DNA from: Raillietiella orientalis
Taxonomy: Eukaryota
Reading direction: 5' to 3'
Length of the DNA: 64,000 nt
Assembly (NCBI GenBank): GCA_036172245.1
Contig: JAYWIR010000006.1
Coordinates: 992,001 to 1,056,000, forward strand
In this document: positions 51,471-64,000 of the stretch, in pieces
Layout of the letters: every line of letters starts with the position of its first letter
Position numbering within the stretch: the first letter of the stretch is position 1
The notes under the pieces: model-generated
Told to the model about the DNA's origin: nothing
The model's database searches: none
The model's input: the letters and a program-made list of their open reading frames with translations, nothing else
Translations under genes and position numbers: made by a program

Positions 51471-54400
51471 AGTTTTTCCTTTGTTAAGGGAACAATTCGG
51501 AGAATAGAAAAATTCAATTCAAACCGATGAACATCGTTAAGCTTACTTAGTAATCCATTGAGATGGGAAATTAATCTTTTTCAAGAATTTGCAAAATTAT
51601 GAACATTCATCTATATTAATGCACATCACATTAACACGCACTTCAAAGTTTGCACTCACTCCATGTTTGCACTTGACTTGTAAATACAATTTAAGATACT
51701 GAAAAAAGTTATCCAAATGCAACTTGCACGATCACATTAACAGGTGCTATGTACTAAAATTCAGTAACCTCCTAGTGAGTCCACAAACTGAAGCTGTTTT
51801 TTCTTGGGTTTTTTTTTTTTGTGTGTGTATTTCTGTTTAGTTTTGCTGTTGTTGCTTTATTTTCTATTTTGCCAAGATACGACAAGTAACGTATAGGCAA
51901 TGTTTCAAGATTAAAAGACACCTTTAATATTACAGGCACAAAAGTATGCAAACATTGGAATATCAAGAAAAACAGTGACTCCAATTCCTTCGTATCGTAC
52001 GAACAACAAACGATGCTGCAGTCAATGCATAAACTTAATTATTGTAAGAACATGATGAGAAACAAAAGCAAGTGACCGCCAACATGCCCGTTACAGCAGT
52101 TCACAGCACGTACACGCACTGCAAACCTTGATTCTTATGCTTCGGTATTTAAGAACAATGTTATCAACTAAGCTTCCCATAGACCAAAAAACTAAAGTAA
52201 TTCGATTCTAAAATAAAGTGAATATGCATACACGAACTTAAATGCGGCAAACACCACTAAAGTGCATTATGGTATGGATATATATATATATATACACGCA
52301 TGCATATGTGCTTATAAACGGGCATACACAAACAAATATAATGCATGGTCTCTATATTATAACTCAATGTAATGAATAAAACGTACAACAAATAGGTCCA
52401 CTGTCACACCACACATGTACTAGGATATGTAAATAACTTCACAGTTCCATGCAAAAACCAGTAGAACCAAAAATTCTGCTAGATTCTCTTTTCCATTTCA
52501 AGCATATATGATTTATAATATCAGCAATCATATTAGATTACGTTGCATGCACTCGACTTAATCTTCATTTAGCAGCATACTTCATTCAACGGAAAGAATA
52601 AGTGAAACAAATGTATGTTCTTTGCAAGAAGAGTTCACATCTTTGAACTGAAATTCACTTATTTGTGAGATTGACATGGATATCTGCATGTCTACTCTTT
52701 GTCCGATAAGGAATCTATTGGAGGTAGAGAAAAACAAGTAGAAGCTCAACTCAATGAGAACTGAAGTGCTGAAGAAAAAGCCTTCCAGAAGTGCTATTGT
52801 CAAAAATTCGCCTCAAATTAGTGTATGCATTCATGTAGTAGAAACTGCTACCTATCATTGCACTTACTAATCTTTGATTTTATCAGGAAGTCTAGAGGTT
52901 CAGGCAAATATTCTAAATGAAAAAAACATATTAAAATTAAATTCTAGCAAAATATCCCTTCAGAATTAGGATCGCAATTGGATGGGTAGCATGCATACAA
53001 CAAAATCTAAATTTTTATACAAGGCAAAGTTTATCTTGGATTTTTTTCCACTATTATTTTTAGGTTTCATTTTTTGACAATGATATGCTGGATGATTTTG
53101 TTCTTGAAATGTTTTATATGCATTTCTATCGAATTCAAGAGTGGAAGAAGCCACTGTCTTTTGTGCTTAGGATTCCAGTCTGGAAAAATAAAAAACTCCT
53201 AACGCTCACAGAGGATGCCTTCAATGGATCTGAATTTTTTTAAGTGCTTAGTGTTTTTTTAGTGCTTTTAGTTTTTCAGGTGCATTGGAACGAGCAAGTG
53301 CAAAGCAGAAAAAGGGATCATTTGTTGATAAGTGGTTAGTCATCATAGATAGGGTCGTTCTACGAGTAACGTAGAATACAAATGAGGCTTTAAGGATTAG
53401 GAATTTTCATCATGGATGCATGAAAGGAAAGCTGATGACCTATATTTCTCATTCTTTATTTATTCTTCACGTAGTTATGCGTGTATATAGAGAACTAAGT
53501 TGAAAAGAAATATAATACTTCGTATTCTGAGCAAATACCACCCCTGCATGTTTCCAGCTTTTTCGATTGAAGCAAAATAAAGAAAATATGAACAGTATTA
53601 GAGTTTCTTGAAAACTAATGATTTGGAATTTCATATCTTTCAACAGCTTTGTAAATGAATTCCTACGTTGAAAAGGAATTGCGAGTTCTTCAAACTTTAA
53701 AAAGAATTTGATGAGTTAGAAAACTTATGAAATCTCTTCTCCTTGGAAGTGCTGCAAATGCATACAAAAGTCTTATTACTTGTTGGAGAAGATCTGTTTT
53801 ACCTAATAGTTTAACGGACACAAAATGGCAAAGAGTAATGATGCAGTTTTAGTGCCACAGCAGTCTGTTCGAGAATCGGGAAATCTAAGGAAAAAAAGAA
53901 AGAAACTGAGTCTGCAGTAGCAAAAGCTTGCGGACAGAGCATTGTTCCTAAACTCAAATGACACGAGGAAACATTTTCATTGAAGTTAGTCAAAGCAACA
54001 GTAACCCTGATGGAAAAAAAGAATTGAAGGGCATCTGGGACACTGAATGTTGGTGATTATCGTGAGAGCGAGATAGAGTGTCTGAAGCTTATCCTGCCCT
54101 CCTACAGTTTCGATATCATCAAAAAAAAATAACCGAAAAGGTTGCGAATTTGATAAAGAATTCGCTAACCTATCCGCTAATGATCTGTCCATTTCAAAAT
54201 TCAGCTTGTTTGCTCTCTGTGAAAGTTGGAGATCATATATACACATAAATGACTTACTCTCATTTGATTTTCGTTTACCTTTACTTGCAAAAAAAAGGGA
54301 AGGAAGGCAAACGTGCGAAAAGGTCACAGCAACTTCCACGGTAGCTGACCCGCCGAGACGGCAGGTGTTGCCATCCGTATTCCAGCACCCCAGGGAAATG

Positions 54401-54799
54401 CATCAGATCCGTTCCCTCGAAACGTGCCGGAACATCACACAAAAACATCCAGGATGAGAACGTTTGCCGGCCGCTGCAGGACACTATTTTCGACCTTTGC
54501 CTTTCGCAGAAATAGTGCTGTGGATACGAACCATAGGGAGCGAAATAGCCAAACGTGTTTGCACAGCAAGGCTTGCTCGGAGAGCACCGTTTCGGCAATC
54601 CCATTGCCTCGTCGTCGATTTGAGATTATTCGGGAGTAATGAATTTTCTGAACAAGGAGCAATGGAAACTTCCAACCAAGATGCATGTTCCGTTGGCTGC
54701 CGGCGGCTGCTTGCCACCGACCGAAGGAGCACCTCGAGTTCCTCTACGGCTCTTGCCCGAAGACTTCCTCGCCCGTGCTGCTGTTTGCGGGCTGTGGTC

Positions 54800-54816
54800 G
54801 CCGCCGCCGCCGCCGC
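54800..54816. repeat. Short (GCC)n run inside a GC/CpG-rich island
   Basis: GCCGCCGCCGCCGCCGC read directly. Confidence 0.9.
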
Positions 54817-55343
54817 GTCGTCGTCAGGCCAGTGGAGGCGGAGTGGTTGTTCTTGCTGCAAAAGATATTCAAAAAACAAAAAAAATGTGCAGAATATTTG
54901 TGGCCAAGCATGTTTGGGTGGATAGTGTGCAGCGATCTCCGTGCGGTTGCGTGGTTGTTTTGTAGCTTCGTGACTCCAGCAGCCCTGACGGCTTTGGTGA
55001 AATGAAGCAGTGACCGTGAGGGAAGGCAGTGTCGTGTGTGTTCCCCTTTTTAAAAAAATACGTATACTTTTTTCGTTTCAAATCGAATTAGCATGAAAAC
55101 TCGATTTAAGCCTAGCCATTTTACACTCCTAGTTTATAGTTTTTTCCTTGGTTGGTGTGTAAGTTTCTGAACGAGAGGCAGAAAATTCACATCTTAAAGA
55201 ACAAATTTGCGGAAAAACTTTTTTTTTGAAAATGATTCATGCAGTTGCTTATAATAGTGCTGTTTAATTTGAGAGATATTTGTGCCATTTCAGTGAGAAT
55301 TTTTTTTTTTTTCTTTTAATGTATGATGAAGGACACTTAAGTC

Positions 55344-56253
55344 ATGACAATACCACAAGAAAAATTCCGTATTCTGGAAGAAATAGAAAAAGATATAGCA
55401 TCTATCCTTCAAACTGCAGGTTGTTATTTTGTGAGCTTATTGCATGTCAAGCAAACAAATTTCGCTAGTCCAGTATTTTGAATCATGTTATTCAGAGGAT
55501 TAAGTGTGCATTGAATTTTTTTTTCTTTTGTCTGAATATGCACTTTCTACAGGAAGCAGCTGTGTGTGTGGGTGTTTTTGTTCTTTCTGTTTGCTGTCAT
55601 AGCTCCAGAATTGTTCAACACTGAAATATATTTTAGGTCAAGTTCTTTCAGAGTTGAGTAAGGAAAAACCAGTCAGTCGCCAAGTTGATACACATATCAT
55701 GACTTTTATCAAATCACTCTCAAAAGTTGAAAATGAGTTATCTAAACAAATTATGTATCTAATTCAGGTTTCCACAGGTATTTATGTTATTAAATATGAT
55801 TATGAGAACTTTATATACTATACAGTAGACTTCAAAAATTGCATATCAAAAAAAATTTTGTAAATATTTTAAAATTAGATTGGTGCACAATAATGTGTAA
55901 TTCACAAGTTTATTGCATGTACAAATAGCAAATTTTTAATAAATTTACGTTAATTTTGTTCGTGTCTATCTAATTTTTATTTATTCTATTATCAAAATAG
56001 TGTAGCTCATTTAGTAGTTTTTTACACAAGTTGCTTTTAAGGTCAGTCACATGAAGGTTCTAGTTATGCATCACAGAAAGTGTTGCAAATGGCCTGGCAT
56101 CGCTTACAACATGCTCGAAGTAGAGTTAATGAATTGGAGAGGATAAAAAATCAGTATTTGCAAAACCGTTTGCGACATCAGCAACTTCAGTCTGTGCACC
56201 TGTCCCCTGCTGCATCAACTGCTGTTTCAGCACATCCCCAACCACAGTCATAA
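55344..56253 (+). CDS. MED11: Mediator complex subunit 11, 142 aa
   Basis: Exons 55344-55419, 55637-55777 and 56042-56253; 429 nt. LEEIEKDIASILQTAGQVLSELSKEK...VENELSKQIMYLIQVSTGQSHEGSSYASQKVLQMAWHRLQHARSRVNELE is the MED11 signature. Confidence 0.95.
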
Positions 56254-58264
56254 TGTTATTAATAAGTGATGTGCGTTTCATGATTTAAAATTTCAACTTC
56301 TTGACAGACTGCAAAAAGAAAGGAACATTTTTTTCACCATGGTTGCAAATATGAAGTCCATAAACATGTGTAAATAGCAAGTAGGAATGAATTTGTTAGA
56401 AAGAAAATCCTCAGCAGGAAAGAAAATGTGAAAAAATTCTAAAATGTTTCTCATTAATGGAGAAAAAAGTCAAGTTTCTGACTGCTTTGCAACTTGATAC
56501 ATATCAAAGACTTGAGTAATTCACAGTTTGATAAGCAAATTTGAGAATCTGCCTTCTATTGAAATCAATTTTAGAATGTACTTCCTTTATATGCAAGAGA
56601 TTATGTTGAACTTCCAGATAAAATTTCAGTGCATTCAGGTGTTGCTCAAATATGAACAAAGAATGGTGAAAATGAACTGTAATTTTGGACATATTAACTT
56701 GTTAGAGTACCTTTTAGTTTTTATTAGTTATCTTTTGTATTAGAGTGCATAAGCCAAACAAGAAAACAAGACCAATTTTATTTAGATGCAAACATGAATC
56801 AGAATACTTTCATGATCTAGTTATACTATCATATGATTTGCAGGGTTTCACGGTATGCATAGGGCTACCAAAATCCTTCATTTGTCAGTACCTGGAACAT
56901 AAAAGTCTGATTTCTACCGTATAAAATAGAAAAAGGACTTTGTGAAAGCAGAAAATAAGATCAAATTGCATCTCCCATACTTCAACATTTACTTGAACTT
57001 AGTTTAGGACCCTTTGGGATGTTAAAGAAATTTTCAATTTCCATTTGGAATTACTGATGTTGCTTGTTTCAAATTGTTCCTTATCTCACTCCATAAAACT
57101 ACCTCTTGCACATTTGCATACCTGCATTCCTATCCACTGTCAAAATTATTGCAAAGACTTCTGCTAAAGATTGTAATGTTTACTAAGGAACATTCTGAAT
57201 TGGGAAATCTGGTTGGAAAAAATGTCACAAAATTTCTTGTAAGTAAGGCAGTTTTTTCAGTGGAACAGTTAAATCTTTGAATAATCCGTAAAAGTAAACA
57301 ATTATTTCTTGTAAGTGTGGTGGGATGGGGTGGGGAGGAATGGGACTTTTTCCGAAAACACTTTTTCCAATAAATTGCGATAATCAGCAAGATTTCAAAC
57401 TGTTGATATATTAGACTCATTCACAGATGTCCTTAATTCAAACAAACTTCAAGAACCTTTTGCTATGTACTCTACACTTATCAAAACATTAGAAGTCAGC
57501 TTGCACTTGAAAAATGAGTACTCTATTGCGAAAATATTTTGTAAAATAAGGGTTTTAAGTACAAAAAAAAATTTTTTTTGTACTTTTTTTATTTCTAATT
57601 TCGACCAGTCAGGTTTTGAAAAATTAGGCTTGCTACACACACAAGCATGTCAAATCCATTCCCCCAAAAATGCAGTGGCTCACAAAATAAAATACTCTCA
57701 AACATGAGCTGTGAAACACGGACAATTATTTTGAAGTCCCAGGGGTGTCTCCCTTTCCAAATTTCTTGTAAGACACTCACGTGTGCGGCGATGTTCACTT
57801 CCACCATCAATGTATTCTTGACTTAGGTTTACATGGTGTTTTACAAAGGTTAATTCCCTAAAACTTTGGTAGAACGATAATGTACTCAAATTTATGAGAG
57901 CAGATAAAAAAAACGGATAGTCAGCAAATCAATTTCATGTATCATTTTCTTTAAAAACGAATGCAAAAGTACGTTTATCATATGCACAACCTTGGTAATC
58001 ATCATCATGAAGTATGCTTTTTTGAATGTCAAAAATGAAATGAACACATTCTGCAATGTTATTCTTGGAGAAGCCAAGGGGACTGGGTTTTACAAATACA
58101 AATCTCCACAAATACTTTATCTAACAAAACTGAACATGAAACATCAATGATGTTGCAAATGAATGATGAAAGTTTTCAATTATGATTATCTTCTCTTGAA
58201 GATGTAATATTTGGTTGCCTGCTTGAGCATGTAAGACATTAATTGATGTTATTGGAATCCAAAT

Positions 58265-61200
58265 TCAACTGATGGCCAGGGCATCACTCTGCAATTCTTG
58301 ACTTAGCTGTGTTTGCAAATCTGCAAGTTTACGTTTCAAACTGACAATTCCCATCAGTACAATATTTTCTGGCCGAAGTGCCCCACTGCTTTCAACATTA
58401 AAATAAAACTTATTGGGTCTTGCTTCCCAATTATATGGTGCTTCATCTACGAACAATATGTAAATTTCAATTAATAGCCTATGATTTTGTGACATACGTT
58501 GATCCTCTGACAAAGAAGTGTATTCAGATTTGGGCCATTCTTCTGGTTTGGGATATAATGTATGCCTTAAGGCATTATCAGGATCATATTCCATAGCAAT
58601 TCCTGCTGCTGGGCTCCATTTTGCATGCTCTTTGCCAAATCCTTTTTTAGCAAATGCTTTCAACCGCAGTTCTTGGTTTTTTCTCAATTTCACAATAAGT
58701 ATATCTAAAATCAGTTGGGAAACAGTGGAATGATGTCATTCAATGATAGAATAAAATAAAACTGCAAAACTTAAAGTAGTATAACAAAACGTACGATCTG
58801 TTTCTCCATATTCAGTAGTGTCATCTTCTCTATGTTTGGATGTGACAGGTACAACACGAATATCATTAGATTTCAAATCTGCTGATGTAACATGATGAGT
58901 CTGCTCATCAATACATTTGACATCCAGACTGAATTCTATGCTACAATCTTGGCAAAAATCTGCACAATTGCAGTCCTATAGGATAATAGAGATATTAGGT
59001 TAGATCAAAAGCACTCAAACACCAATTCCTAATATTGCACTTTTGCTGTTATTCCAGAGAACTACATATTCAAATGTTTGCATTAAACTGTTTTCGATTT
59101 CTATTAATAAATGCATAATCTACAGTATGATAAGGTCAACATAAATGTTGTAAAAAACACATTTTACATAACTTATGATGGATTAAATGAAACTTAATAA
59201 TGAGTGGCATCTGGAACTTTTATCAGTAGGACTGTTAACCAAAAATCAACATTAAAACCTGCTATTTAAGTAAACAAAACTCATTGAAAGTATAACATTT
59301 TATAATGCATCATCAGCTCTTTTTTCACTATCTTTTTCAACTTAATACTGGTGGTCTTCTGTCTTTATGAAATGGAAAATATAATAAAATTCAAGCAAGA
59401 ATAAATTACATCCTGAACATCAACTATACTATAACCAAAAGAAACCAGAAACACGCATTTCAAGACTTACATTTGTCAATAACCTGATCCAAGTTAAATT
59501 AGAACTTAAATGCTTATTAATTTACCAAGGAATTCATGTATTGAATGTTCTGAATGAATGCAGCATTATGGTATTTATAAGATGCACTTTCATTATGAAA
59601 ACTATTCGAAACTGGAATTCATAAACCGTAAAATACTTCTGTTAAGCAACTTTTTGCACACAAATTTTTCTTTTTTAGATCTTTATTGTTGTATTGGTAT
59701 AATTTCTTTGAGAAATTTATTGACAGCATCTACATAAACTGACAGTATGTGAGCATCATCAGAATACATTACAACTCAAAGTAAACTAGTGCATTAAACT
59801 TTCACAGCCTTCATTCATATCACAGCTAACTGGGTTAGATCACAAAATAAGAAAATATAAATTTTCAACAGGATGTTTGAATTTCAAAGATACTGTTGCT
59901 GACAGTCATTTCCATTGGGTTAGAGACTCACAAATCCTGTACCTTCCATTTATATTAGTCAAAAAAAAAAGTTTATGAAACTTCTACTTCATTGTGTTAT
60001 GCAATTCACATAAACTTCAAAACAGGAAATATTTTCATTTTAATCCCAGGAAAACATATACAAGCAGGATATTATAATTAGTGTTAATGATCACATACAT
60101 GGAAATCATCACATGTTTGGGTAAATTTGTCCCAAACAAGCAGTTACTCAAAATCATCGAGAAAACGTTGGTCTTCTTTATTCTCTCATCAAATGATGGT
60201 ATGAAGATATTTAACCCCAACACTAACTGCATTATTATTAACGAGAAAAGCAAAGATCCAAACTGCTACAAATACTAATCTTTTCTCAACCAGATCAAAT
60301 GATCACCTAACATAAGGTGCCTCAACATGTTTTCCTATCACTTGACAAGAAAAAGCTAAAATTAATGTAAAAATATTGATGAGTGTTGAGCAAGGAATAA
60401 TATATTATAAGTAATTTAAACTATGAAAATTGGATATATTTATATTTACACGAATCCGTGATTTACACCTATGATTTCCTACAAACTAGATATTAAGGAA
60501 ATATACCAACAAAACCTTTCAATCCAATTAAAATAATATATGCCTATTAATCAGCTATAACTCTTACCTAATTGTAAGAGTTGGAAATGTTATAGCTGAT
60601 GTGCATGTTATGTTGTGTTGTGTAATTACAGAATTGTTGTTCAGTGTAAATTCATTGATTGTAATTCTGTGTCAGCTATTTACAATCATCATGTTTTCAA
60701 AGATAGCAACAATGATGGAATTAAAGACTAACTACGGTATGATAGCATTTGAAGTTGTAGTTTGTTGTTTGGAATAAATTTAAGTAAAGAACATCGGCCC
60801 CACTACAATCTTTCACTGAATAGGATTTCATTTGCCATCCATCGGTTCTACTCACCCTCGAATATTGCATTCGATCGACTACTTCGTCTGATGTTAATGG
60901 TATCAGCCCAATTCTATGTGCAATAAAATCATCGCTGAGAACTGTTGAATTGGCTTCTATTTGAACCCAATCAATTGCTAGCGTTGGTGTTTCCGCATGA
61001 AAAATTCTTCGAAGAGCATTGGCAACGCTATCAAATGAATAAATTTAGCATAAATACACGCAGGGTTTATTTAAAAAATATTTTTTAAAATCACTCAAAG
61101 CTAGCTGTAACAACCTTTAACATGCAAATTAGTATAAGATTGGGAGGAAATTATCCTGAAACACAGCTTCTGTTTCATACCTCAAATCAGAATCTTCTAT

Positions 61201-61266
61201 TTGAAATTTCACGTTTTCTTCAGTCAACTCACTGATGGATATGGATGGCTGATTGGCATACGGCAT
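58265..61266 (-). CDS. POLR2C: DNA-directed RNA polymerase II subunit RPB3, 275 aa
   Basis: Exons 61266-61181, 61027-60856, 58975-58795, 58704-58498 and 58446-58265; 828 nt. Motifs: [15 protein letters not shown]...[33 protein letters not shown], the Zn cluster [40 protein letters not shown]. Confidence 0.98.
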
Positions 61267-64000
61267 TATTTAGTTTTCATGGAGCCTCTCTGCTAGATCG
61301 TTATTCAACATTCGTATCCCTCCAATTCCTCCTACCTCAAGAGATACCACATTCAAAAGTCTATAGAAATTTTGATTTCGCAACGCCATGAAATTCACAT
61401 GAGCACTGCTCACTTAAATTAAGGCACTATCTAAACTGCAAAAAAATTATCATTGTGAGCAAAGTAGCCCTTAATGCAACAGTGTGCGGTAGTATATGAG
61501 CTTTCAGAATGGCTAAATTAATCTTATGAAGAAATGTTATGAACACGTATCAGTAATCCATTGTATTTCAGTTACCCATATATAGAAAGAAAAAAAAAAC
61601 GTTTAATGAGAAACACAATTTAAGTGTATTACCACATTTGCTATTATATTTCTATTATTTCATCAACTAAAAGGATTTTTTTATGATCAAATTCTGAAGA
61701 TAGGAAAGGAATTACAAGGAAAAGCAATTATAAGGACGGATCTGTCTCATTTCTAAACGGTTTTCGATATTTCCATAATTACTATTAAAAATCGCAAAAT
61801 CCAGATGAGAAAGACTTATGAGAAAAGTTTTACGGACAAACTGCGATCTAAATATTGGGCAAGTGCTTACCGCCACTTCAAGTAAGCAATGTAGAGAAAC
61901 TTGCGTTTACAAGAATGCCCACAAGTTAACATGCAGTATTAAATTGTAAAGAATAATAGCCAGAAGTAATTTTTCGGCGTTTGAAACATTCATAATTTTA
62001 TGGTTCGCAGATAAGATAGAACTTGAACGAAGTACGCTAAACATTACCATTGTGCGTTCTGTGAATTGCTTTTCACGTGTTTTGCAAAATTTTGCTTGAA
62101 AAAACTGACGCTTGATGACTCCACGAATTTTACTTAGCTTATATCTAAACATTAATGAAGACGGGTAACATGATGAAACGGTTCAGTCCAGATTTTGTAA
62201 GAAAAAAAAAACTATAACTATAACTCAGTACCATTCAACAATGCATTTGTCCATATATTTTCAAAAACTTTTAATTTTTCAATTGAAACAGAAAAGATAT
62301 ATAAAAATCCACAGACTTGAATTGACATAAATGTTGTAGATTAAAAAGAGGCAGAGAACTGCAAAGTTTCTCAGACACCTTAAAATGCCTTTCCGATACT
62401 GGGAGTCTTAATTTCATAGAGCATAAACAAAATAGTATATACATATTTCTATTAATTTTATTCTTGAATAAGTCTGGGCATCTGTAAAGATGATTTCGAA
62501 AGCCAGAAATTTTTTAAGCCGACTTACGAAACCTAAAATTTTTCGTGCCACCAATTCTATGTCCACCATGAGGAAGTCAAATGAAAGGGATTTTAGCTAA
62601 GAATAGAAAATCACGAAACAAATATTTGACATCGAATTGAGAAGCTGTAACAACGGAGTCATTATCAAAGGTGCGAATTATGGCATTTGTAAAGAGAGTA
62701 AACTATGTACAAAGAGAAGAATGAGATGAGATGAGAAATGAGATGTATATGAGAAAAGTCCTGATTTCAAATATTTTTTTATTTACAGATTGTTTTATAT
62801 ATTATAAAACTATCTTCTGATTTGCTATGATAAATTATCAATTTGCTAAGTTAACGTCAAAGAAAATGCGACTCAAACCCCTTCTTAAAAAACAGTTGTA
62901 ACAAGCAAACAATAACAAAATCGCATTACATTGTCTTACATCAATCTTAACATCCGATAACACGAAGATATCGACAATAATATTACTTTAGTTTCTACTG
63001 ACTAATACATTCCAACAACCCCCTACTCCTCCAAAAATTCCAGAGACCATTAAAATCAAAGTCTTAAAAGAGTTTAGTCTAGCACGCAAACACTTCCCTC
63101 AGGTAGTGCGTGAGAATAATTTGTAATTATTTGTAAACTTCAAAATAATGCCAAATTATATGATTCTCAGAAAACATGAAACCTCGAATTCCAGATGTGT
63201 TTTTGCACAGAGAATCGTACGCGGAATCTAAATCGAAAAAGAAACTGAATCGAAGAAAAATTCAAAAGAATAAGGGAAATAATGATTTCATTCTCCATAA
63301 AATGCCAGGATGCTGAAATTCACTAGATATGACCACAATGAGAATTATTCTACTGTCAGAACTCTCTACAGGCTTATTTCGGTACGAAAAGAGGAATGAA
63401 TATGTTTTTCGCTGTATGATTGTTTGACAACATTTCAATTACTCAGCTCAATTCTGTGAAATTTATGCTCATATTCTCAGTCTGTAATGTGCATCTGTTA
63501 AAATCGAGCCTCCCTATTTGCCTCATGCAGCTGTGCGGGTCCTGGCAACCAGTGAACGGTCCATTGGATGGCACGAAACATATCGTGCGGCAATAACAGT
63601 TGTATTTCTCTTGAATCTCTCTCTTGAATTTCTCTTCCCCGAAACACCATAGGTTGCATGCTTTGCATACACTTTTAGTAGGAGCAAAAGGGCACTTATC
63701 ACGAAATAATAGAATTCTCAACCACTTCTGGTGACCGTGTTTCTACCTTTTGGTTCAAAATTTATTAATGGCTCATTTAATACAGACCGAAAAGCAAAAA
63801 CGATTCCTGGTTTATACTTAGAAAACTATATCCTTATACATTCCATTATGTTTATTTAATGATTCCACAAACAACAGCATGTTTTGTTTTGTTTTTTCCA
63901 AACATGTGAATGATAATTTCTACGTATGAGTATTGGATTTAAAAATCCATCGGGCTAACCATGGCATTGGCTGATGACATAGAATTGCAGATTTATGTTA

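Noticed and set aside
63443..63721. Cys-rich 92-aa ORF with faint transposase/integrase-like FVPSNGP
   Set aside because: Non-ATG start and no complete catalytic motif; cannot be supported without a profile search.
1..64000. CRISPR arrays, operons or other prokaryotic systems
   Set aside because: No regularly spaced repeats, and all recognised genes are eukaryotic, seven of eight with spliceosomal introns.

Overview
Eukaryotic (metazoan, probably arthropod-like) genomic DNA with spliced housekeeping genes. I assembled the exons by hand from GT/GC-AG boundaries and frame continuity. In order: PNPT1 (5' part, -, runs off the left edge), TAF5L-like (+, 11 exons), PMM2 (-, 5 exons), PDAP1 (-, 6 exons), an intronless PLEKHJ1-like PH protein (-), Elongin A (-, 9 exons), MED11 (+, 3 exons) and POLR2C/RPB3 (-, 5 exons). 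Intergenic and long-intron space holds decayed non-LTR retrotransposons. One site is a three-layer nest: a CR1-like relic contains a Tx1/L1-like element, which contains a 171-bp insert flanked by a 16-bp duplication. The most unusual signal is a ~13.5-kb GC/CpG-rich domain (~15.3-29.0 kb) that cuts TAF5L into AT3-rich 5' exons and GC3-rich 3' exons and covers PMM2. Four Pol II transcription-machinery genes sit in the window, three of them adjacent. I found no rRNA, intact tRNA or CRISPR, and no firmly supported new biological system. Gene names come from recalled family motifs, not from database searches.
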